Program-made: the position numbers and the translations under genes
Shown: piece by piece, positions 23,672 to 38,609 of the stretch
How positions within the stretch are numbered: position 1 is the stretch's first letter
Layout of the letters: every line of letters starts with the position of its first letter
From: Geosiphon pyriformis uo1
Lineage: Eukaryota; Fungi; Glomeromycota
DNA length: 64,000 nt
Direction: 5' to 3'
Assembly: GCA_016748015.1 (NCBI GenBank)
Contig: JAAOMT010000098.1
Coordinates: 263,635-327,634, forward strand
Notes under the pieces: model-generated
Databases searched by the model: none
What the model was told of the DNA's origin: nothing
The model's input: only the letters and a program-made list of their open reading frames with translations

Positions 23672-26600
23672 CTAAGCACCTATATAAACAGAAACCTCAC
23701 CCCCTATGCCTGAAAAAAACAAACTAGACTTATGGAATCCAAAACCAACACCAATTGCCTTAGCAACACCCAGCAGCCGAGTCACACCAGATGACAGCTC
23801 TAAAGAAAGCCTAGAAATCGAAACAGGAACTGACCCATCACACAGAATAAGCCCATTCTTTTCCATAAAAGCACGGTGTTTGGCGCGAACCAACCAAATG
23901 TCTTCCCAAAAAGCCAAGCTAAACTCACACACAAAGGCCACAATGTTCTGATCTGCTATTCTGGAATCTTTGAAGACAAAAACAGACTCATGAAACCAAT
24001 CCTTAAAAACAAAACCTTTTCATAGAGTAGTATTAACTAAAATGTCAAATACACAAGTAGACATCAGCTGCGAGACATCTGAGGAAGAATGAGCCAAACC
24101 AGACTGCACACCCCAAACTGCCGCATGAGCATCCAACAACTGAGCACGACTATTGGCATCAAATGAACAAGAAAACACATGGTCTGAAACCTCGACATCA
24201 CCACAAAACAAACACATCACACTGGGATATCGCTTATCATAAAGCCGCTTACGTATGGCAACAGGGAGCCAATGGTGCAATGCCTTCATAAAGTAAGTCT
24301 GGAAACCAGCAGTCCACTTGCTAATGAAGCCAGCAGCCATGTGAGAATCTGGATGCCAAACCAGCGATGACCTAAACCAATCAATATCTGTATGCAGACT
24401 ATCTGCCACCACCCCCATACCACAACTAATTTCCCAATGTGCACAATGAACTGACCGAAAAATATCCTAAACAAAATGTCTAGAATTACCAGAAATAGCT
24501 GCTCCCCCACCCCTAAGATAGTGTTCATTGACAGAATGAGGCAGATGCCAACCAAAAAGAGCTGCAGCCCTGGCCAACTTATCAGCTTGTTCATTGCCTA
24601 AAACCCCTGAGTGTCCTTTTATCTTACACCAATTAACTTTTAAATTCTTATGATGAATGACATTAACAATATGGCAGCATTCAATCCAACACCAATTCCT
24701 AAAATCTGGGTGAACCAATCCCATTTCCAACTTACAAGCATTCAAAGCAGCCTAACTGTCCAAGAACAAGTCGACCGAGCGAGAAGAAGAGATGCACTCA
24801 AGCGCCAGAGCAATAGCCTGCAGTTCTGTCAAGGTAGAAAACATCAAACCAGATACCCCCACACCCAAACCCATACTAATGTCCTCAAAGAAAACAGCAG
24901 CCCCAGCTTTCATATCAACAGTCCCTAAATCACTTAGAGATCCATCTGTGTAAACGGAAAGATGACCAACATTAGAATTGAATAAACCAGTGCCAATGAT
25001 GTCAAACTCATGAGACCGAAGAACATCTGAAGAGCCACGATCAGCCAAAAGCGTGGAGCAGACAGAAAGAGAAGACACGCCACCAAGAAAACGAACTGAC
25101 AGCTCAAACCAGACAGGAACCAGACCACATGGGTCTAACCACTTCCACCATTTAAAGGTCTTCCACTCCATTTTGGTTCTATAGCTGGTCTACAAAAGCA
25201 ATCCCATAATGCCGAAGTAAAGAGACACTCTTGACATAATTGGATTCACCAAGAACAAAAGACATAGGGGTTCCACCCCAATAACAAAAAACACTAGTCA
25301 GAGAGCCACCCAATGACGAATCACACCCAGAGAAAATATGCACCACACCCACCAGAAAATTGTTTAGAGGATTGACTTTGACACAAACTGGATACTGCAA
25401 AGGATGTAATGGGCGCCAGTAGAGGACCTGCAGATCATGTAACTGGTGAGAAAATAGATGCCCCAAAATCCCAACAGAGTTTGTGAAAGAAATGACCAAA
25501 GCCAACTTGCTCTCAGCTTGAACTTACTCAAAAGTCTTCAAACCATACAGAGAGGGATAATGAATCACATCATTGGAGAAATCACGTGGCAAACCAGACT
25601 TAGATCTCAAGCCCTTATGAATCAAAGTGTCCTACTTTCCACAAGCACTAATAGGAACATAACTGAACTGTGTTCTATATCCAATGATAGAAAAGAAGAC
25701 CGCTGAAACCAAATATGAAAGTTGCTTATCAGATACTGCCTTTTTCAGGACTAAATTAGAAAAAAACTGGACATCAGAATGCGCCTTAGCCAAGCTAGGC
25801 TTCAAAAGACCCTCAGTTGACAAATAGATCTCCAAATAGCGATGTGATTCCCTCTTCTTGGCGATAGAAATAGGTGAACCGCCGATCAGCAAAGAAGAAG
25901 CTGTACCATCACAATTGATGGGAATGGTGACAGTCTTATCATTATTAATCGAGATGTCATTGATATTGAAAAATTCACTAGTAACATTGAGAATATGTTG
26001 TGTGGCACTTTGACTGCTGCCAACTCATATAGTATCATCAACAAAGGCACCCGCTGTGAAAAATGAGAATACACCAGCCTAAAACTCAGCATGATCACAT
26101 CCAGAAATAAAATGAGAATTCAATCTATAACCACACCCATCCGTCTGTCCCTTAACTTCGCACAAAAGGGGATCATAAAATATGCGCCAGAGGAGTGGTA
26201 AGAACACCTCCCCCTGGTCCAAGCCATTATGCACCTCATACTCATCCGTCAAACCAAAATTCATCATAACTCTGTTAACATGACCACTGTGGATGCCGCC
26301 AAAGAACTTAATGAACCTGCTACACATTTTTATCCTAACCAAACTGTTCTAAAGGTGTTCCCACCCAACAGAATCATAAGCCTTCCGCATGTCTTGCAAG
26401 ACCAACCAGAGCTCACAATTCTTCTCCAAAGCATCCTTAATAACTGAACCAATGGCAAAAATGGGAGACTGTGTTGTTGTACCCTTTAAAACTAAAAAAT
26501 TGTCCCCACGCAGAACATCAAAAGTACTACAAGCCAACGAGATCCTATCTGAAAGAATCTTGAAAAGAATCTTGCGGGCAGTCTCAATCAAGGCAATAGG

Positions 26601-28349
26601 TCGAGTGTTCATAAAAACTCCTTCCCACTCATACGGCTTAGGAATCATTGAGACCCAGGCTTCTTTCCAAGCACTAGGTATTGACTTACGAATCAAACAA
26701 GAATTTAAAAGCACCAAAAGCATGTCCAAAATTGACCTATCACAGTGTTTCCAGAGCTCGTTCGAAATCCCAGAGAAACCAGCAGCCTTGCCCTCAGGCA
26801 GACCAGAAACCACACTGAACAACTCATTGAAACCAACAGGACACATTACACCAGAAAATGCACCATCAAAAACATACTCCAAAGGCTTGTACTGGCGAGA
26901 CCAAATATCGAAGATATCTGGCACCACCTTGCACTTCCTGGTCCAGCCTTTCATGATTCCATCCACCCTAGCCTTGACTGAACTGGGCTTTAAAATCAGC
27001 TCGCCACCTACAACCAAATGATCCAGTACCACTTTGCGAAAGGGACGCTTCAAAACACTCCTGATAGTGTGACCCTTATCTGATTCAAAATTTTCCATTC
27101 TTCTATCAATAGCCGCCCTGATATAGGATTCCTCAGCACATTTGGATTCCAGCAACTTAGCAGAGTGGTAAGACTTCCTCGCCTTAACCAGAGCTAAGTG
27201 AATCCTGTCAAAACTGGAGCTTGAAAGAAATAAGGACTTCACCACCAAAGCACCATTGACATTGAGCTTCTCCCACGTATTCAACAATGACGCAAATTCC
27301 ACACTAGACAACAAACGAGACGTCTTAACCAGCTTGGATACCAGCAACTCAAGCTTGTGAAATCTAAAAGAACTCTTGGTAAAAACCTCATCATAACTCT
27401 TAAACCATTTCTTTTTGAATGTTCCAACTACTAAAAGAACCATTACTTTGCATACAATGTCCCACATAGCATCCAAATCTGAAGATTCTACAGAAGCAGT
27501 GAAATCACTCGAGAACATTAGGCCATTGGCCAATGTAGCATTCTTAAAATTGTTCCACCCTTTCTCGCCAGCATTCCCAAAATCAAACTTCCAATGATTT
27601 TTATTAGCCTGCTTGTGTATTGAATTCAGCTGAGAGTCAAGCAAGCCACCCAAACCCACAGAAACAGAAACAGCCTTATGATCAGTATCAAAAAAGTCCT
27701 TGACCCCAGTTACACCACAATCCACCACAGCATTGACCAAGCTCGAAGAGATGAACATATAGTCAATGGTCTTAACAACACCATGAGAGTTACCCCATGT
27801 CAGTGTCTTTACAAGCACACTTCTACCCAAGGCATTAACCAGACCCAGATCAAAGCACTTTTTGAAACTGGCACTCTTACGAATGCCATCCTCATTGAAG
27901 TCACCACCCAAGACCACAAAAGAAGATTCATTTACCACCTTAGCAATCAAAGAATTGATGTCGTCAGCCTGTAAGAATTGGACACTTGAAGAGGCACCAG
28001 CATAGAGACCCAAAACAGAAACCAAAAGTTTATTTTTGAAGAGAAGTCTGACGAAGAGGAGCCGGCCAGGCACCTCAGAAACCTTGAAAACGTGCCTTGC
28101 TAAAGAATTGTTCATAACAATTGCCACACCAGAACCAAAAAAACCAGAATCCAAACCAGAAGTGAAGACTCAAACACCATCAAACTTGCCAGCAATTCAC
28201 GGTCGAACCTTGTCCTTAAGCTTAGATTCTGTGAAAATCAAAACCAAGTTACTCATATCAAAGTGCCAGTGAATAACATCAGCCTGTTTAGCAGAGTTAT
28301 TCAGGCCCCGAACATTACAAGTAGCAAACTTCCATACCAACTGACTTAT
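23672..28349 (-). pseudogene. LINE C ORF2: APE endonuclease, RT, RNase H, CCHC finger; stops plus one frameshift near 25175
   Basis: ATCNVRGLN, LGGDFN, TIDY, DTDH (APE). RPIALIE, QDMRKAYDSV, GLDQGEVF.PLL, FVDDTI (RT). YTDGS, ELQAI, KGHSGVLGNEQAD (RNH). CLFCGDVEVSDHVFSC. Confidence 0.95.
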
Positions 28350-30205
28350 TGAGAAAAAGGGAGAGCCGATGAACCTGAACCCAAACACAAAAAATCTAAC
28401 CTAGCCAAAACAGAACTGACAGAAGCCTCCAGAGCTAACATTTTAGACTTCAAACCACCCACCTTGTTAGTTAGAATCTTCAAACTACTTGAATTGAAAC
28501 CAGCACCCAAATCAGCACTTGGAGAATGGGGAGCAGATGATGCCAACTCACCATCCAAAGCCATATCAGAGTCTAAAACAGGGGCCAAAGGCACAGAGCC
28601 AACCAAAAGAGGGGCACCAGAAGATGGAACCATGTGCACCAATTCAACACAACTTAATTTCCTCAAAATACCAGACACTTAGTCAGCCAACAACTCAAGA
28701 GAGCATTTCAAAGACACCAAACAATCATTCAAAAAAGAATCAAGAATTGTAGAAGAGAGAGAACCACCACTTAAAACTGAAGTTGTAGGGAGAGAGAAGC
28801 CAACACCAAGACCAGAACCAGAAGGAGAGCCACCAGAAGGGGAAGCAAGAGAGACTACCTGAGCCCATGATTTGCCACCAAAGGCAGCTGGGCAAGATAT
28901 GGGAACATTCTTCTTTACATATAACTTAGCCAACTGGAGACGATCAACACCAGGAGCACGCTTTTTATTAAAAAAACTTAAAAGATCAGAAGACGACATA
29001 TCTGGTGCATCACACTCTAAAGCCAAATAACCAAGATGCCCACACTTTCCACACTGAACCAAATCCAATCTAGCCCACAAAAGACAAATACCACCAAAAA
29101 CAGGCTCAATGAGAAAAACAGAATTCAGATCATTTTCGGATTCGAAGCCAACCACAGTACAACAAACTTTATTGTCAGTATCCAATGAACAATTAATGAT
29201 GCAAGTTTTGCCACCAGTCCTATCCAGAAGATTACTAAGATCATGTGCAGTTGTTCCCACTGGCAACGTAAACAGAAGCACCCTAAAACAATCCTTAGAG
29301 GCCCAGATATCTCGATCTCCCATGGCTTTCATCACATGCACAGAATCTTTTCCAATTAAAAAGGACCATTTTGAAGCCAATTGCTTTGCCTGTCCCAATT
29401 TGGCGAATTCCATCACAGCCTTCTGCCATATTCCAATCAGCTGAATCTTGATTGATTTAATTTCCCCAAATTTGGATACTGCAGCGATGATCATATTTTT
29501 TGGCGTGTCCATGGGAATTTCCTTGATTACCACAGCCCGATCTGACCTGATCCCTTGTCTTTTAAGATTGCCATTTACCTTGATCCCTATTTCTTCAGCC
29601 AATGACGTGGCTTTGTTCATGCTCTCCTTAGATGTAAATGTGGATCTGATGATCCCTTCAAATTTTGAAGGGGTAGTGGCCCCCCCAAAACCATTGACAA
29701 CTGAAAAAATTTTTCTGATTGCTTGAGTTTTGGCTGTAGTTGATTTTCCTTCTACTGCTGAAAGATTAATATCCAAAGCATAAGACTTCTTAACTGCCAC
29801 TTCCACAGGAGTCTTTACCACTTTGGGATTAATTCACTTTTTGCTGAAAGGGAGATTGAGAGGAGGAGAGAGGTTCTCGGCATCTTCGTCTATATTATAG
29901 TTAATTAAGCCAAGAGAAGAGCCATCAACAATACCAGATATCATTTTTTTGGCTTTGGGAGTATTGACAGCTGAGCCAAGCAAAGAACCAGCACTAACAC
30001 CAGCCATCAAGACACTGTCTTCACTATCACTAGACTCACCATCTGCATCAGAGAACATATTACTACCAGAAACAGGTTTGTCCAAAGAAACATCTTTTTC
30101 ATTACCAGAGTGCTTAACATTGTCAACAACCACTTTCTTTTTCTGAGCAAATGAACCACCAGCAGGACCATAAAAGACCCCCTTATGCACCTTTTTCTTA
30201 GCCAT
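28346..30205 (-). pseudogene. LINE C ORF1 (gag-like, zinc knuckle), one frame with two internal stops
   Basis: ORFs 29834..30289, 28679..29821 and 28346..28678 share one frame. CGKCGHLGYLALEC knuckle. Confidence 0.88.
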
Positions 30206-30999
30206 ACTACCACCAGCAACAGCCTCCAAATCCACAATGAAAGGGTTATCGTGTAAAGAAATGTTGAAATGATATAGCAGAAAGAACAAAAAACAAAAAA
30301 CTTCTTTTTCAGAAACAGGCTCTTTGGGAAATTTTGGATGTAGGAGAGAAAGAAGTTTTTTTGTTTATTTATTTTAATTATAAATTTTTTGAAATATTAA
30401 AAGTAAATTTATTAATACAATATATTTTATTATATAAAACTAAATTTTTAAAAAGATTAAAAATATTTATTCTATTTTGATTATTTTACAAAAAATATAA
30501 AATCATCTTAACTAATTTATTTTAGCTACTTAATTATATGCTTTAAATTTTTTAACTAATATATTTATAAACCAACAAATAAAAAATTTTTAGTGTAAAA
30601 ATTTTTATATAAAAAAATATATCTAATATTAATAGATATTCTAATTATTTTGCTTATAAACAGCAAAATATTCAATTTTCAAAAAATTAACTTTAAAAAA
30701 ATATTAAAAATAATATTAATCTTTTATAAAAATTTACATTTATATTTAAAACTATAATCAATTTAAAATAAAATGCTTTAAAACAATTTTTAAATTTACT
30801 TAAATAAAAAATAAATAAATAATATTAAAAAACAACTTATTAAACAAAACTTTTTTTTAACTTTTTTTTATTATTATTATCATTTAATGAGTGAGGTCCA
30901 AACATTACCTAGAACTATACATCAAAGAAATAATCTAAACTAGGCATGAATCATGCACTGTCTACACATGACCAGCCATTCGAGCCAGTCAGGACAACA

Positions 31000-33900
31000 C
31001 TACACAATTATATTAATTGAAACTGGGTCACCAATATCTGAAAAAAAAGAGCAAGATTTGTAAAAGCCAAAACAGACACCAAACACTTCAGCAACACCAA
31101 GCAGTTTAACCACACCATCTAAGAATCTTGAAGTCAAACCAGAAATTGAGATGGAAACCAAGCCATCCACCGGGATCAGATCATTCCTTTCCATATAAGC
31201 ATGATGCTTAGCATGGACCAACCAAATGTCATTCCTGAAAGTGACACAAATAGAGCATACAAAATCAGCAATTTTAATGCCAGCAACTTTGGGAACATAG
31301 AAGATGGAAACAGCCTCCTGAAGCCATCCTTTGAAAACAAAACCCTTGCAAAGAGTTGAGAACACTAGGAAATCCGAGGCACAGGCTGACAGCAGCTGTA
31401 AAATGCATGAAGCAGAGAGGGAGAGACCAAAAAGCACCTTCCAAGAAGACATACAGGATTCCAAAACCCAACGACGAGCCACATCATCAATAACACAAGA
31501 AAACACATGATCAGACACCTTCACCTTACCACAATACAGACACAAAACACTGGGGTAACATTTATCATAAACGCGTTTTCAAACAGCCATGGGAAGCTGA
31601 TGGTACAAAGCCTTCATGAAGTAAGTACGAATATCAGCAGTGTGTCTGCTGGTGAAACCAATCACCATATGCAAATCAGGATGCCAAACTCTGAAAGAGG
31701 CAAGCCAATTGACATCTGAGTGCAAATCACCAGCTAGGAACTCAGAACTGGAACTGACCTCCCAGCGTGCCTGACAGACAGCATAAAAAACATCACAAAC
31801 AAAGTGTCTAGAATTGCCAGAAACAATACCACCATCTGCCAACAAAAATTGTTCAGCCACACGAGGAGGAAAAAACCAATCAGAGAGAGCTGCAGTGTTA
31901 GCGATGCTATCGGTGCAATCATTTCCCAACACACTAGAGTGGCTCTTAACCTTGTGCCAGCTAACCCTTAAATTCTTTCCGCATATAATATTCCTAATAT
32001 GCCAGTGCTCAACTCAACACCAATTGCGAAAGTCAGGACACACCAAGTCAACCTCTGACTTGCAAGCATCTAAAGCTGCCTGGCTATCCAAAAACAGGCG
32101 AACAGAATGATCCACAGGTATGCATTCCAGAGCCAACGCTACAGCCTGCAACTCCGCCAAAGTAGATGACATCAGACCCAGAACACAGACACCCAAACCC
32201 AAGTCAATGTTCTCAAAAAAGGCAGCAGCTCTGGCCCTACAACCAGTCATGCCCAAATTTTTTACCAACCCATCTGTATACACAGACAAACTATCAGTGC
32301 CAATCTGAGAAAGATGATCACATACAGACACAAAACCATTAGAACTACAAATGTCCACAGGGCCAATACCACTCAAGGCCAATGGAAAGGAAGATACACC
32401 ACTAAGAAATGCAACAGAGCGTCCAAACCACTCAGGAATCAGGCCACGAGAATCCAGTTTCTTCTACCACTTAAAGATGTACCAGTCAAAAATATCCCCA
32501 TGATGATCCCGAAGCTGATTCACAAAGGCAATGCCATAATGCCAGAGAGAAGGCAAGTATTTGAAAAACAAGGATTTGCCCAAAACAGCAGACATAGGCA
32601 CCCTATTACAAAACCAAAAAGAGCTGGCCAAAGAGCCACCTAAAGACAAATTGCATTCAAGAAGAATGCGTACCATACCTGACAAGAAATTATTGGAAAC
32701 TCTGACATGGATACAAGCCAGTGAACTCAATGGATAAATAAGGTGCCAGCACAGAACTTGTAAGTCATAAGACCTGTAACTAAACAATTGACCCAGAACC
32801 CTGTAGGAGTTCGCAAAACTAATAAGTGAAGCAACCTTGCTTTCAGACTGACATTGTGAGAAGGACTTCAGATCATAAAAGAAAGGATGATGAATCATGT
32901 CACTAGAAAAATTGAGAAGAAGACTAGTTTTAAGTTTTAAACTCTTGTGAATCAGAGCATTCCACTTGTCGCACATATTAACAGAGACAAAACTGAACTG
33001 CATCCTGTAGCTGACTATAAGATGGAGAACTGCTGATACCAGGTACAAGAACTGCTTATCCGAAACTGCTTTCTTTAGAACCAAATTACTGAAAAAATAA
33101 ACATCCGAATGTGCTTTAGCCAAACTAGGCTTAGAAAGACCATCAGTTGAGAGAAAGATACCAAGATACTAATGAGATTCGCCTTTTTTGGTTATGGAAA
33201 TGGGTGAACTACTAATAAAAAGAGACGGATTGCTGATCCTGGCATTAATAGAAATGGCCACAGTTTTGTCGTTATTGATTGAAATGTCATTAATTCAAAA
33301 AAATTCACTAGCAACATTGAGAATATGCTGAGTAGCAGTCTGACTGCTGCCTATCCAAATCATGTCATCAACATAGACCCCAGCAGCAAAAAAAGTAGAA
33401 AACCCAGCTTGAGATTCAGCATGACTACTCCTGGAGACAAAATGGGAATTGAGCCTATATCCGCACACACTCTCCTAATGCTTGACTTCACACAAAAGAG
33501 GATCATAAAATATGCACCAAAGAAGGAAGAAAAAAACTTCTCCTTGGTCCAACCTATTATGTACACTATAACCATCAGTTAAACTAAAGTCTATCATAAC
33601 CCGATTGGTCCGATTTCTATGAATATTACCGAAAAAATGAATAAACTTGCCACACATTTTGATCCTAACCAAACACCTCTCAAGATGCTCCTATCCAACA
33701 GAGTTGTACGCCTTTCACATGTCCTGCAATACCAGCCAGAGCTCCTGATTTTTCTCCAAAGCATCTTCAACAACCGAACCAATAACAAAAATAGGAGTCT
33801 GGGTAGTAATACTCTTCAAAACTGAAAAATTATCCCCATGAAGAATGTCATGAGCACTGCATGCCAGTAATATCCTGTCAGAGAGAATCTTAGAGAGGAT

Positions 33901-35646
33901 CTTGTGAGCCGTCTCGATTAAGGCTATAGGTCAGGTATTTGTGAAGACACTTTCCCACTTATATGATTTAGGGATTATTGAAACCCAAGCTTCTTTTCAA
34001 GGACCAGGCACAGACTCATGAAACAGACAAGAATTCAGAAGCACCAAGAACATATCCAGAACAGACCTATCACTATGCATTCACAGCTCATTTGAAATAC
34101 CTGAAAGACCAGCAGTCTTGCCAATAGGCAGATCAAAAACCATGCCAAACAATTCCAAAAACTTAATTGGCTGTATTACACCAGAAAAAGCCTCATCAAA
34201 AACGTAATCCAATGGCCGATACTGATGATGCCACATATCAGGGACATTGAGAACCACCCTACACTTCCTAGTCTACCCTTTCATGATATCATCGACTCTC
34301 GATCTCACAAGACCAGGTTTCAAAATCAGCTCATTATTCACAACTAAGTGGTCCAAAATGACCTTATGGAAAGAGCACTCCAAGACACTCCGAATAGTGT
34401 GATTCTTGTTCAGCTCAAAACTTTCCATCCTCTTTTTGATTGCCGACTTGATTTGAGATTCTTCTATGTGTTTCGATTCCACCATTTTAAGTGAGTGATA
34501 AGTCTTTCTGACCTTGGAGAAAGCTGACCGAACAGTATCAAGAGGAGAACTGGAGAGAAAGAGAGATCTGACCACAGAGGCATTATCATCGTCAAGAGAA
34601 CCCCAGACATCTAACAGTGAAATGAATTCATCATGACAAATCGACTGAGAAGCTTTAACCAGCTTTGATATCAAAAGTTCTAACTTATGAAATTTGGATG
34701 ATTCCTTAGTAAAGACACCATCATCAGCTGAAAGAACCATTATTTTGCGAACAACATCTCACATCACATCCAAATCTGAGAACTGCTGGGAGGCAATAAA
34801 ATCATCAGAGAACATGGCAGCATTAGCTGCTGTAGCACTCTTGAACTTGTTTCATTTCACGTTATCAACATCCTTAAAATTAAACTTCCAACGATCTCTA
34901 TTTGCCTGTTTGTGAAGAGAGTTCAACTGCATGTCCAGCAAACCACTTAAACCCAAAGACACAGAAACAGCCTGATGATCCATTTCAAAATATTCACCAG
35001 CATCTGAAACACCACGGTGTACTATCGCATTAACCAAATTCAAAGAAACCAAAACATAGTCAATCATTTTTCTAACACCCTTAGAGTTTGTCCAAGTAGG
35101 CATTTTCACAGCTGGGCTTCCGACCAAAGAATTAGCCAGACCCAAATCAAGGCACTTCCTAAAACTAGCACACTTATGAGAACTATCTTCATTAAAATCA
35201 CCACCAAGAACAGTGAAAGAAGATTTATTGACAGTCTTTGCAATGAGAGAGTTGATTTCACCAGCCTGAGAGAACTGAACCACCGAAGAGGCACCAACAT
35301 AAAGCCCCAGAATCAATACAGAAAGTTTACTCTTGAAAAGTAATTTAATAGACAGGAGCTGACTAGGCACCTCAGAAATCTTGCACACATGATGAGCCAA
35401 AGAAATGTCCAAGACAACAGCAACACTCACACTCAAGTGACCAGAGTCTAAACCAGAAGTGAATACTTGGACACCATTGAACTTATCTGTAATCTATGAA
35501 TGAACCTTACTCCTCAATTTTGTTTCAGTAACGATAGAGACCATATTGTTCATTTCTTTATGCCACCTAATAATGTCCTTCTGCTTAGTGGGATTGTTCA
35601 TGCCCCTGATGTTGCACATAGCAACTTTCCAGACCAAACTGCTCAT
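31000..35646 (-). pseudogene. LINE D ORF2 (1548 codons, single frame, nonsense mutations only)
   Basis: MSSLVWKVAMCNIRGMN start. The sub-ORFs beginning at 35436, 34740, 33672, 33123, 32382, 31932 and 31545 are all in one frame. APE/RT/RNH/CCHC motifs present. Confidence 0.93.
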
Positions 35647-37436
35647 TGAGTGAGGGGTAGAGACACCGAACGTGTACCAATACTATTTACTTTGGCCAAA
35701 AGGCCCAGAACTGTTTCCATCAGACACTTTATGCTGTCTTCCAGCTTAAACATTGAAGACATATCGAAAAACACCGCTCCTGCGACATTCCCACTATTAG
35801 TGGACACACCCAAACTCTTACTCATCACTACATCCGCTCCTTGATCCTGTGATAAAGGGGTCACCAATGGCTGACATCCAGGGCTAGGCTGGGAAACTAT
35901 TGGCCCAAGTGCATCCAACCTTTTAGCCAGCTTACCAACTTGCTCCACAAGGCTGGTGAGACTGCGCTCAAGAGCGGCGAACCTATTGTTGACTTTCATC
36001 ATAACCAGTAGGAGCGGTTTCATCTCCGAAAAGGAGCCATTATCCACCAAAACATTCTGACTAGAGAGGGAGAGCAAAGAAGACCCGCGAGCAATCTTTG
36101 TCCAAGAGAGACCACCAAAAGAGACCGGACAGGCAACTGGAGCCGAGTGTTTGGCATAGATGGTTGTCAGCCTGCTTTTATCCGCATCCAAGAAAACCCT
36201 ATACAGCAAACTACCAGAAGAAAATTTTCCACCAACCATACAACCCAATGATGTGTGACCCAATTTCCCACACTTGGCGCATTTAGTAGAAATAAGGCAA
36301 AACCAGCGGAGATTGGTGTTCCTAAGTACTGGCATGGTTCCCACAGTAGCATCCAATGATTCAGCAGAGTCGAAGCAAACAACAGCACATCTGGTCCGAT
36401 TATACATAACAGAATGACGATTAATGACACATGTTTTCCCACTCACAGATTTAACAAAGTCCCAGATATCATAAGCATTGGTCCCCATTGGTAATATGTA
36501 GAACAGTGCCCTATGTCAGTCCCATGCATCTCATGCTTTCTTGTCTGAATTAGCCCTAGCCACATGTATAGCATCTTTCCTGATTAGAATAGACCACTCA
36601 GCTGCGACCAAATCAGCCTGATCCAATTGCTCGAATTCTACCACTGCCTTCTGCCACAGCCCAATTAACTGCATTTTGATCACCTTAATAACTCCAAACT
36701 CGGATAGCACAGCGCGCACAGCTTCAGCTGATGTTCCAATTGGAATTTCTTTTATGACCACAGCCCGATCTGATCACCCAGATGATTTTTTGAGATCAGT
36801 GTTTACTAGGATCTTTGCACTTGCAGCCTTATCAATAGCTTTTATTAGACTCAATTCGGAAGTGAATGTCGCTCTGATGATCCCTAAGAATTTTGAGAGA
36901 ATAGACGCCCCCCCAAAACCATTGATTCCAGAAAATAATTTCCTCACCACTACAAGCTTTTCCTGAGAAAAATAGCTGGCCACTTTATTCAAGCCAATAT
37001 CTAATGTGAATGACTTCCTGACTGAAACATTAACCAAGTTTTTCAAAGGAGGGGGGAGGTCAAGAGGAGCATCCGAAAGAATACTATTACTATCACCATC
37101 CTTTGAGAAATCAATCTTTCCTAACGGCTTGCCCAATGTCTTTTTGGTTTTGACTTTTGAACTCGTGGGTGTTTGATTATGATCCTCACCAGTCAGAGCA
37201 CCACTTTCACCAAAATCAAAGCTGGTTTCCTCCACCAGACACTCCTCTTTCATATCAATACTCTCAGACTCAGTAGTGTTCCCAGTTTCTGAATCTCATG
37301 AATGGCTCTCCTAGACTTTGGAAGCCACTTTTTTACCACTAGAATCATCTTCCAAAACACCTCCCCTCCTCTTCTTTCTCGATAAAACCATCTCAAAACC
37401 ATCATCAGAACTAGAACTCTTAGCAGCCTTCTTCAT
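35643..37436 (-). pseudogene. LINE D ORF1 (gag-like, CCHC knuckle)
   Basis: CAKCGKLGHTSLGC. Homologous to LINE C ORF1 (VVIKEIP, GLWQKAVVEF). One frame. Confidence 0.88.
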
Positions 37437-38609
37437 AATAGCAGTATTTGGGCCAATGGTGGCCTTGTAATCAAACAGAAATGGTTTAGAGATAGTACTG
37501 AATGGTAAAAACTTCTTTCAAAAAAAACTTTTTAGACTCTTTTTTGGGATTTGTGGATGAACAAGAGAAAGAAGTTTTTGTAGTTAACTTCAGTTAAGCT
37601 AATTGTATTAACTAATATTTAAACTTTAAAATTAGTGTATTTATTCAAAAAAATCAGAAAAGTAAAAATTTTTTTATGAAAAAATAAAGTTTTTAACAAA
37701 GTAAAAACATTTTTTAAACATTTATGTGGCTATTTTAATCATATTTTTATAGTATTTAATAAAAATAAATATTTTCTATGGTTAATATAATTTTTATTTT
37801 AAAGATTAAATATTTTAAACAATTTAAATAACATTATTAGTGTTAATGTAAAAACTAGTACTTGTCAAATTTAAAGTCTTTATATAATACAGTTTTATTA
37901 ATATATGCTTAATTTTTTTAAATAATCAAAAAAATATTTTAAATTAATTTTAAAAATTAAAATATTTTTTACACTTAAACAATACATAACATTTTAATAG
38001 AAAACAATTTAAAAACTGTCTTATAATTATTATTATATATTTATTTGAAATTATGAAAATTTAAATTAAATTTGAGAATTTTTTATCAAAAAATATTATT
38101 TTCAATTAATAAAAAGTTTAATTATTAATATACATAAATTTAAATGTTAATTCAAAAAAACTCCATAAATTGTAAGAAATAAAATTACATGCAAGTTTTT
38201 ATTTATCTTATTTCAAAAGTTTTTAAATAAAAAAATATTTTCAACTTAAACCAAAAAACTGCAAAAAGAAATTATTATAAACAAAAAATTTTCACAATTG
38301 TCTATAATGAAAATGTGATTAGATTTCTCAATTTTTAGAATAACAGGACATTAAACTAAAAGAATTTCATTATTTTCATGCCAAAAAATAATGTTTTATA
38401 ATGTTCCTTAAATTTCGCAAAAGGTTTTAATTGAATGAATCTTTCGCAAGCATTTTATCGTTACGTTTTATAAAATACAAAAAGACTATAAATTCACTCA
38501 CTGATTAATACTTGCAGATGCTCTAAACCAAGCCAGCTACTCAAGCCAGCCTCACCTGATACAAACTCAATGTAATACCTGCTATTGAAGAAAGTCAAAA
38601 GCGAGCACA

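Larger units (their letters stand above)
23534..30357 (-). mobile_element. LINE C, full-length APE-type non-LTR retrotransposon with RNase H
   Basis: ORF1 plus ORF2, A-tail at 23534-23547. 5' end CTTCTTTCTCT..CATCCA is shared with LINE D. Candidate ~20-bp TSD attttagttaataaatttttt (23519-39) vs attttaattataaatttttt (30371-90). Confidence 0.93.
30862..37576 (-). mobile_element. LINE D, full-length APE-type non-LTR retrotransposon with RNase H (diverged subfamily)
   Basis: ORF1 plus ORF2, (TAA)n+A tail at 30862-30880, and shared 5' and 3' termini with LINE C. Confidence 0.93.

Noticed and set aside
23706-36966. Numerous plus-strand ORFs (e.g. 26389..27021, 29109..29444, 35017..35343)
   Set aside because: Antisense shadows of LINE ORF1/ORF2 with no independent motifs.
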